From positions 115 through 64,114 of the forward strand of contig SVRR01000006.1 of the NCBI GenBank assembly GCA_015064745.1: DNA of 64,000 nt, given 5' to 3'. Source of the DNA: Oscillospiraceae bacterium (GTDB lineage: Bacteria; Bacillota; Clostridia; Oscillospirales; CAG-272). The position numbers and the translations under genes were made by a program. Positions 58,474 through 64,000 of this stretch are shown piece after piece (the stretch's first letter is position 1; each line of letters begins with the position of its first letter). Under the pieces are notes generated by a model. It saw only the letters and a list, made by a program, of their open reading frames with translations. It was not told where the DNA came from and ran no database searches.

Positions 58474-60642
58474 TCATTTCGTTTCGGAAAGACCCTTTCT
58501 GGTAAGCGAAATACGCTTTCTTTGCATATCCACCGCCTTGATCTTCACGTCAATAACGTCACCCACCGAGAACAACTCGCGCGGATGCTTTACGAAGCGA
58601 CGGTCGGACATCTCGGAAACGTGCAAAAGTCCGTCCTCATGCACGCCGATATCCACGAAGCAACCGAAGTCCACCACGTTGCGCACGGTTCCCTTCAGCA
58701 CCATGTCGGGCGTAAGATCCTTCATTTCAAGAACGTCGGTACGGAGCACGGGCGCGGGCGCATCATCGCGGATATCTCTGCCCGGCTTTTCAAGCTCGCC
58801 GATGATATCAAGAAGCGTCGGTTCTCCACAGCCCAGCTCCTCGGCAAGACGGGAAAAGCCGACCTTCTCCGCCTTGAAGCGAAGCAGCTTCATTCCCTCG
58901 CCGCGCACGTCCTGCTCGGTATAATCAAAGCGGGCAAGAAGCGCCTTGGCAACGCCGTAGGATTCGGGGTGCACGCCCGTATTGTCAAGGATCTCATCGC
59001 CGCCAACGACGCGTAAGAAGCCGGCACACTGCTCGTACGCCTTTGCGCCCAGCTTGGGCACCTTGAGAAGCTTTGCACGCGACTTAAATTCTCCGTTCTC
59101 CTCGCGATAGGCAACGATATTCTTCGCGATGGTCTTATTGATGCCGGACACATAAGAAAGGAGCGAGGCAGACGCGGTATTGAGGTCAACGCCCACGCTG
59201 TTTACGCAATCCTCCACCACACCGCCGAGCGTTTCGGCAAGGCGCTTGGGGTTCATATCGTGTTGATACTGACCGACGCCGATCGCCATGGGATCGACCT
59301 TAACAAGCTCTGCAAGAGGGTCTTGCAGGCGGCGCGCAATGGAAACGGCACTGCGCTCGTTGACGTCAAGATCGGGAAATTCTTCTTGCGCAAGCTTGGT
59401 CGCGGAATACACCGAGGCACCCGACTCGGATACGATGGTATACGCCACGGGCAGGCTGTTTTCACGGATCAGATCGGCAACGAATTTCTCGCTCTCACGG
59501 GATGCCGTGCCGTTACCGATGGCAATAATGTCAACCTTATATTTACGAATAAGCTCGAGAAGGGTGCGAGAGGCTCTCACCGTATCCTCGCGCGGCTTGG
59601 TGGGATAAATAACCGTAGAGGTCAAATATTTACCCGTCTTATCCACAATGGCAAGCTTACAGCCATGCGCATAGCCGGGGTCAAAGCCCAGCACCGTCTT
59701 GCCCTTGACGGGCGCGATCAGAAGCAAATTCTTCAAGTTTTCGCCAAAGACCTTGAGCGCGCCCTCTGCCGCCGCGTCGAAAAGCTCGGCGCGGATCTCG
59801 CGTTCAAGCGAAGGGAAAATCAAACGAGAATAGCTGTCGGTCGCCGCCGCGTGAATAAAGGGGGCGACGGGCGACGAGGGATTTTTGGTGCAGGAAGCAC
59901 AAAGCTTGCCAACGGCAACCGTTTCGTCTGCCGCAAGGTCGACCTTTAAGAAGCCCTCCTTCTCTCCGCGGTTGAGCGCGAGAATACGGTGCGGACGCAT
60001 CTTGGTGATGGGCTCGCTGTATTCGTAATAATCGGCGTAGACCGAGTCCTCCTCCTTCGCGGCGGCGGCCTTGATGGCACCGTCCCCCGAAAGATAGGTA
60101 CGAAGCACCTGACGGTATTCCGCCGTCGTCGAGATGTCCTCGGCAATGATATCCGACACGCCCGCAAGCACGGACGAAACGTCAGGAAGACCGTTCTCTT
60201 CATTCACGTATGCCTCGGCAAGCGCTTCTAAGGACTCTTCCAGCTTGTCGGGCTCCGCAGTTACGAGTGCGGCAAGCGGTTCAAGCCCCCTCTCGCGTGC
60301 CACGGAAGCGCGCGTCTTTCTCTTGGGACGGTAAGGAAGATAAAGGTCTTCTAATGCCACCTGCGTTTCCGCCTTTTCGATGGCGGCAAGAAGCTCGGGG
60401 GTCATCTTCTCCTGTCCTTCAATAGAAGAGATGATCTCAGCGCGTCTTTCGTCCAAATTACGCAAATAGCGCAAACGGTCCTCTAACGTACGGAGCGTAT
60501 CGTCATCCATGCTTCCCGTGACCTCCTTGCGGTAGCGGGCAATGAAGGGAACGGTATTTCCCTCGTCAAGCATTTCGACCGCACGGGTGACGTGCTCCTC
60601 CGAAAATTTCAGTTCTTCTGCAAGCTTTGCAATAATGTTCAT
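58474..60642 (-). CDS. tex: Tex family RNA-binding transcriptional accessory protein
   Basis: TVPFIARYRKE, GFDPG, IGVGQYQHD, C-terminal S1 domain. Confidence 0.96.
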   Translation of the reverse strand: MNIIAKLAEELKFSEEHVTRAVEMLDEGNTVPFIARYRKEVTGSMDDDTLRTLEDRLRYLRNLDERRAEIISSIEGQEKMTPELLAAIEKAETQVALEDLYLPYRPKRKTRASVARERGLEPLAALVTAEPDKLEESLEALAEAYVNEENGLPDVSSVLAGVSDIIAEDISTTAEYRQVLRTYLSGDGAIKAAAAKEEDSVYADYYEYSEPITKMRPHRILALNRGEKEGFLKVDLAADETVAVGKLCASCTKNPSSPVAPFIHAAATDSYSRLIFPSLEREIRAELFDAAAEGALKVFGENLKNLLLIAPVKGKTVLGFDPGYAHGCKLAIVDKTGKYLTSTVIYPTKPREDTVRASRTLLELIRKYKVDIIAIGNGTASRESEKFVADLIRENSLPVAYTIVSESGASVYSATKLAQEEFPDLDVNERSAVSIARRLQDPLAELVKVDPMAIGVGQYQHDMNPKRLAETLGGVVEDCVNSVGVDLNTASASLLSYVSGINKTIAKNIVAYREENGEFKSRAKLLKVPKLGAKAYEQCAGFLRVVGGDEILDNTGVHPESYGVAKALLARFDYTEQDVRGEGMKLLRFKAEKVGFSRLAEELGCGEPTLLDIIGELEKPGRDIRDDAPAPVLRTDVLEMKDLTPDMVLKGTVRNVVDFGCFVDIGVHEDGLLHVSEMSDRRFVKHPRELFSVGDVIDVKIKAVDMQRKRISLTRKGLSETK

Positions 60643-60684
60643 GTCGTTTTCCTTTATATTTGCCTTCTTTTGAAGGATATTTAC

Positions 60685-61389
60685 TTATTTTTGTGCAAGA
60701 AGATGCGCCGTCTCCTCCTCGGTCAGATAGCGCCACGCACCGGGCGACAAGCCTTCATCCAGCGGAATACCGCCGAAGGAGATGCGCGCAAGCGAAGTAA
60801 CGGTGCAGCCCTCTCTTTGCATCATGCGCTTGATCTGATGGTATTTTCCCTCGGTCAAGACGATCTCGCCCGCCGTCCGTCCGTCATCAAGCGCCAAGGC
60901 GGCAGGCTTGCAAATTTCATCGCCCAGCCGAACGCCCGCGAGGAAGCGTGCCTCCGCGCCCTCGGGGAGAGGCGCGTCAAGCGTGAAGGCATAGACCTTT
61001 TCGACGTGATGCTTCGGGGAAAGCAGCCTGTGTGCCGTCTGTCCGTCGTCGGTAAGCAGCATAAAGCCTGTCGTATCCTTATCCAGTCTGCCGCAGGGAA
61101 AAAGTCCGCGGCGTTTTAATTCCTCGGGAAGCAGCTCGGTGACGACGGGCAAGCGCCCATCGGTCGTTGCACTGATATATCCCTCGGGCTTATTCATCAT
61201 CACGTAGACGAATTTGGAGAAGCCAACGCGCTCGCCGCGAAAGAAGATCTCCGCCTTCGCTTCATCCACCTTCATATCGGCGCGTGAGGCGGGCACGCCG
61301 TCAACGACGATCTCACCGCGTGAAACGGCACGGGCACAGTCGCGGCGGGAAAGGAGCCCCGCATCCGAAAAAAGCTTATCGAGCCGCAT
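60685..61389 (-). CDS. rsuA: 16S rRNA pseudouridine synthase RsuA family
   Basis: MRLDK S4 domain, NKPEG, GRLDKDT, EGKYHQIKRM. Confidence 0.92.
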   Translation of the reverse strand: MRLDKLFSDAGLLSRRDCARAVSRGEIVVDGVPASRADMKVDEAKAEIFFRGERVGFSKFVYVMMNKPEGYISATTDGRLPVVTELLPEELKRRGLFPCGRLDKDTTGFMLLTDDGQTAHRLLSPKHHVEKVYAFTLDAPLPEGAEARFLAGVRLGDEICKPAALALDDGRTAGEIVLTEGKYHQIKRMMQREGCTVTSLARISFGGIPLDEGLSPGAWRYLTEEETAHLLAQK

Positions 61390-61465
61390 TTTTCTCCCCC
61401 TTTCATCTTCTCTTATTCATTGTACCATTTTCCTTGGCAAAAGTAAAGTTTTTTTGGAAAAATAC

Positions 61466-61494
61466 TTGCAAAAACAGAAAAAATATGCTATGCT
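61466..61494 (+). promoter_or_regulatory. Sigma-A promoter of folT
   Basis: TTGCAA-N17-TATGCT with TG extension, just upstream of the riboswitch. Confidence 0.65.
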
Positions 61495-61506
61495 ATACCC
61501 ACAGAA

Positions 61507-61599
61507 CAGAGTAGACGTTGCCGCGTCAAGTGTCCTTGGGACGGGGAGTTGCCCAAGGAACGAAGGTTTTTCCGCGGTGGCATCGTCGCATCCCGCTGC
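61507..61599 (+). ncRNA. THF (tetrahydrofolate) riboswitch
   Basis: AGAGTAG...GCGTCAAGTG-TCCTTGGG-ACGGGGAGTTG-CCCAAGGA-ACGAA...GCGG...GCATCCCGCT matches the THF aptamer consensus; lies upstream of an ECF S component. Confidence 0.92.
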
Positions 61600-61679
61600 A
61601 AAACACAAGAAGATATCTTCTTGCATCGGGCAAGTGTTTACGCACGCTTTATTCTGATGTCAAGGAGGTATTTTTATTT

Positions 61680-62306
61680 ATGAAAAGCAACGCAAAGATC
61701 CTTTCCAACCACGTTCACCGTCTGGTGCTCGACGCCATGCTCGCCGCCCTCTTCTTCGCCCTTTCGATGTTCTCGGTCGATCTCGGCTTTATCAAATTTA
61801 CCGTGGCACCCCTCGCTATTCTGATCGCGGGACTTCTCTTTGGTCCCGTGGACGGTGCTGTCGTCGGTCTTATCGGTGCCTTTCTCGAACAGCTCATCAA
61901 ATACGGTTTCAGCGTCACGATGCCGCTTTGGATCCTGCCTGCCGTCGTTCGCGGTCTTTTGATCGGCGCCCTCGCTCTTCTCATGCGCCGTTATTTCCAA
62001 AAGCGCACGGACGGTCGCTTTACCCCCGCCAAGGCGGGCAAGAACGCCTCGCTTTTCGTCGTGTTTACCGTCGTCTGTGCCATTCTCTCTGCCATCGTCG
62101 TGACGATCTGCAACACCCTTCCCCTCTACGTGGATTTCAAGGTGTTCGGCTGGTCGAGCGAAAATCCTCTCCTCTGGGGTGCGCTTTCCGCCCGTTTTGT
62201 TTCCGGCATGCTGACCTCTACCATTTTAGGCCTTATCACCCCTCTCGTCGTCATCCCCGCCTCCGCGGCGATCGAACGCATGAAAAAGCCTTACCTTTGG
62301 AAATAA
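61680..62306 (+). CDS. folT: Folate ECF transporter S component
   Basis: AMLAAL, GLLFGP..G motifs; hydrophobic; THF riboswitch upstream; AAGGAGG RBS. Confidence 0.85.
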   Translation: MKSNAKILSNHVHRLVLDAMLAALFFALSMFSVDLGFIKFTVAPLAILIAGLLFGPVDGAVVGLIGAFLEQLIKYGFSVTMPLWILPAVVRGLLIGALALLMRRYFQKRTDGRFTPAKAGKNASLFVVFTVVCAILSAIVVTICNTLPLYVDFKVFGWSSENPLLWGALSARFVSGMLTSTILGLITPLVVIPASAAIERMKKPYLWK

Positions 62307-62316
62307 AGGAGAAACT

Positions 62317-62799
62317 ATGTCACATAAAAAAGAAATCTACACCACCGTACTCAAGGCACTCCCCAACACCAACTGCTTCATTGACCGAAGCACCACCGCA
62401 GAGGACTACAATCGATTGGCGGCAGCGTTTTATTACTTGTTCAACAGTGATATTCTGACCAAGGGCGACTACGTCCACGTCTTCGGCGTCCTTTCCGAAA
62501 AGCTTCCCATCTACGAAAGGGGCGGCGATAAGGAAAAATTCAAGGAGCTTGCCGTCACCTATGCCGAGTTTGGCTATCCGAAAAACCCCGATATCCGCCG
62601 CGTTATTTGCGACTTTATCGACCATATCGACGGAATTTCGGGTGCTCTGCTTGCAAGATCCGTCAACGCTCTTCGCGCTCGGTTAGAAAAATGCTCCGAC
62701 TTTGTCGGCACGGAAGCGCTCTCCCACGGCTTTACGCTCACACCGCTGACAGAAAAAGAGCTCGCAACCATCAAAAGCATTATTCTTGTTGGAAAATAA
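62317..62799 (+). CDS. Hypothetical protein co-transcribed with folT
   Basis: AAGGAG RBS overlapping the folT stop; 160 aa. Confidence 0.75.
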   Translation: MSHKKEIYTTVLKALPNTNCFIDRSTTAEDYNRLAAAFYYLFNSDILTKGDYVHVFGVLSEKLPIYERGGDKEKFKELAVTYAEFGYPKNPDIRRVICDFIDHIDGISGALLARSVNALRARLEKCSDFVGTEALSHGFTLTPLTEKELATIKSIILVGK

Positions 62800-62870
62800 A
62801 AACAAAAAACAGTAAAAACTCTCTTGTCAAGAATTTAATAAAACAGGCGTTTTTTGTAAAAACGCCGCCA

Positions 62871-62907
62871 AAAAAGCCGATTTTCATGATGAAAATCGGC
62901 TTTTTTC
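62871..62907. terminator. Bidirectional terminator
   Basis: AAAAAGCCGATTTTCAT-g-ATGAAAATCGGCTTTTT. Confidence 0.8.
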
Positions 62908-63020
62908 AACCTTAATTTGAAACAAGACAAAAGAAACAGCAAAAGACGAACCCCGCCCTACGGTTTTTAAATTTCTTGTTTGTTTGCGGTTATGCCTAAA
63001 TGCGACGCCCTGTTTTTGTT

Positions 63021-63749
63021 TTAAGAACGGAACGGCTCAATCATTTTTACCGAAAACTCCTTTGCAACCTCCCGTCCCGCCTCACTTGACGCACCGATGA
63101 GATCCACACCAAAAAGCTTTACGACAGCAATAGCGCTTTCGTCCAAGCGATCGAAGAAATACGCAAGCTCACGCATCGCTTTGATGCCGACGCGGCAAAT
63201 TTCAAAGTCGTTCGCAATCTCTTCCTTGTCAAGAATCGGCTCCTTCGCGGGATCAAAACCTTCCCATACATCCCGTTCGCTTTCACTTCCGTACTCGTAA
63301 CCACGCTTTTCAAAATATTCTCTTGCCGACCTTGTTTTGCTGTGCACAAGCTTATCGCGCGCTCCGAAGATCACCTTCAAATGAGAATAAAGCGCCGTGC
63401 TTTTATCGATTTCCGTGTGCAGCAAAAGCTTGGCGATCAACTGTAATTTTCCGAGCGTCGACAGACGCTCGAAATTATCGTAGAAGAAATCGTCACTTGT
63501 ACAAGCGGCACCGTAATCGTTCACGAACGCTTCGATTGCCATTGCGGAAAACACTATTGAGATCATCACGCTTCTATAAAAACGTGAAGCCGCATGCTCG
63601 GGAAGCGCAAGCTCACGAAAATCCGCCGCACGAAACGCTTCTATACACCTCTTTGCCTCGCAATAATGTGCCATTGCGATCTCTCCGTAATCGGAAATAT
63701 AAAAACCGATCCTTCCCTCCTCGGGGTATATCCTTCTTCTTTTTCCCAT
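63021..63749 (-). CDS. Hypothetical protein with HEPN-like motifs
   Basis: AMAIEAFVN helix and RDKLVH (R-x4-H). Confidence 0.6.
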   Translation of the reverse strand: MGKRRRIYPEEGRIGFYISDYGEIAMAHYCEAKRCIEAFRAADFRELALPEHAASRFYRSVMISIVFSAMAIEAFVNDYGAACTSDDFFYDNFERLSTLGKLQLIAKLLLHTEIDKSTALYSHLKVIFGARDKLVHSKTRSAREYFEKRGYEYGSESERDVWEGFDPAKEPILDKEEIANDFEICRVGIKAMRELAYFFDRLDESAIAVVKLFGVDLIGASSEAGREVAKEFSVKMIEPFRS

Positions 63750-63768
63750 ATCCTTTTCCCCTTTCCCG

Positions 63769-63802
63769 TAAAAGAACCCCACGCAAAACGCGTGGGGTTC
63801 TT
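63769..63802 (-). terminator. Terminator after nifJ
   Basis: AAGAACCCCACGC/GCGTGGGGTTCTT stem plus T-run. Confidence 0.8.
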
Positions 63803-63809
63803 AAGAGAA

Positions 63810-64000
63810 TTACTTGTAGAATTCGCCGAGCTTCACGAGACGCTCATACTTTGCCTTTGCATTGGCTTCTGCCTGCTCAAAGAGCTCTGCGGCTCTCTCG
63901 GGGAATGCCTGTGCAAGACGTGCATAACGAGCTTCGCTCATGATGAAGTCCTGATAGGAAGCGGTGGGAGCCTTCGAGTCAAGGGTGAAGGGATTCTCGC
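63810..64000 (-). CDS. nifJ: Pyruvate:ferredoxin (flavodoxin) oxidoreductase, C-terminal end (partial)
   Basis: Manual translation gives ENPFTLDSKAPTASYQDFIMSEARYARLAQAFPERAAELFEQAE...YK*. Confidence 0.9.
   Translation of the reverse strand, partial: ENPFTLDSKAPTASYQDFIMSEARYARLAQAFPERAAELFEQAEANAKAKYERLVKLGEFYK

Noticed and set aside
1-64000. CRISPR array, tRNA, rRNA or IS elements
   Set aside because: No regularly spaced direct repeats, cloverleaf/T-loop motifs or transposase ORFs were noticed by eye.

Overview
64-kb window from a Clostridia-like (Bacillota) anaerobe; the taxonomy is inferred from gene content and sigma-A promoters. 1-10.8 kb: S10-spc ribosomal protein operon on the minus strand (rpsJ to secY) with its leader. 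11-21 kb: housekeeping genes (membrane protein, polA, rpmB, a truncated EamA remnant, ytvI, cyclophilin, an SbcD/SbcC-like YhaO/YhaN pair). 21.3-39.9 kb: the stand-out feature, an 18.4-kb five-gene operon. It encodes an exported, membrane-anchored vWA protein, two tandem ~1270-aa paralogous tubulin/FtsZ-like GTPases, a coiled-coil membrane protein, and an 1820-aa membrane protein that appears to combine a degenerate SF2-helicase-like region, a Zn ribbon, a degenerate zincin-like segment and an intact Cys-His-Asp transglutaminase/papain-like domain. 40-52 kb: metY-metA, then a branched-chain amino acid salvage cluster. Two HTH-cupin-acyl-CoA ligase paralogs each sit behind their own T-box riboswitch (Ile and Val specifiers), followed by a P-loop ATPase, a four-subunit 2-oxoacid:ferredoxin oxidoreductase and ilvE. 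52-64 kb: sugar-kinase-like phosphotransferase, amidohydrolase, F420 ligase homolog, small lipoprotein, PqqD plus HPr-kinase-like pair, msmX, tex, rsuA, THF riboswitch-folT plus an unknown gene, a HEPN-motif protein and the 3' end of nifJ. No rRNA, tRNA, CRISPR array or transposase was seen. All calls come from reading motifs by eye; no searches were run.
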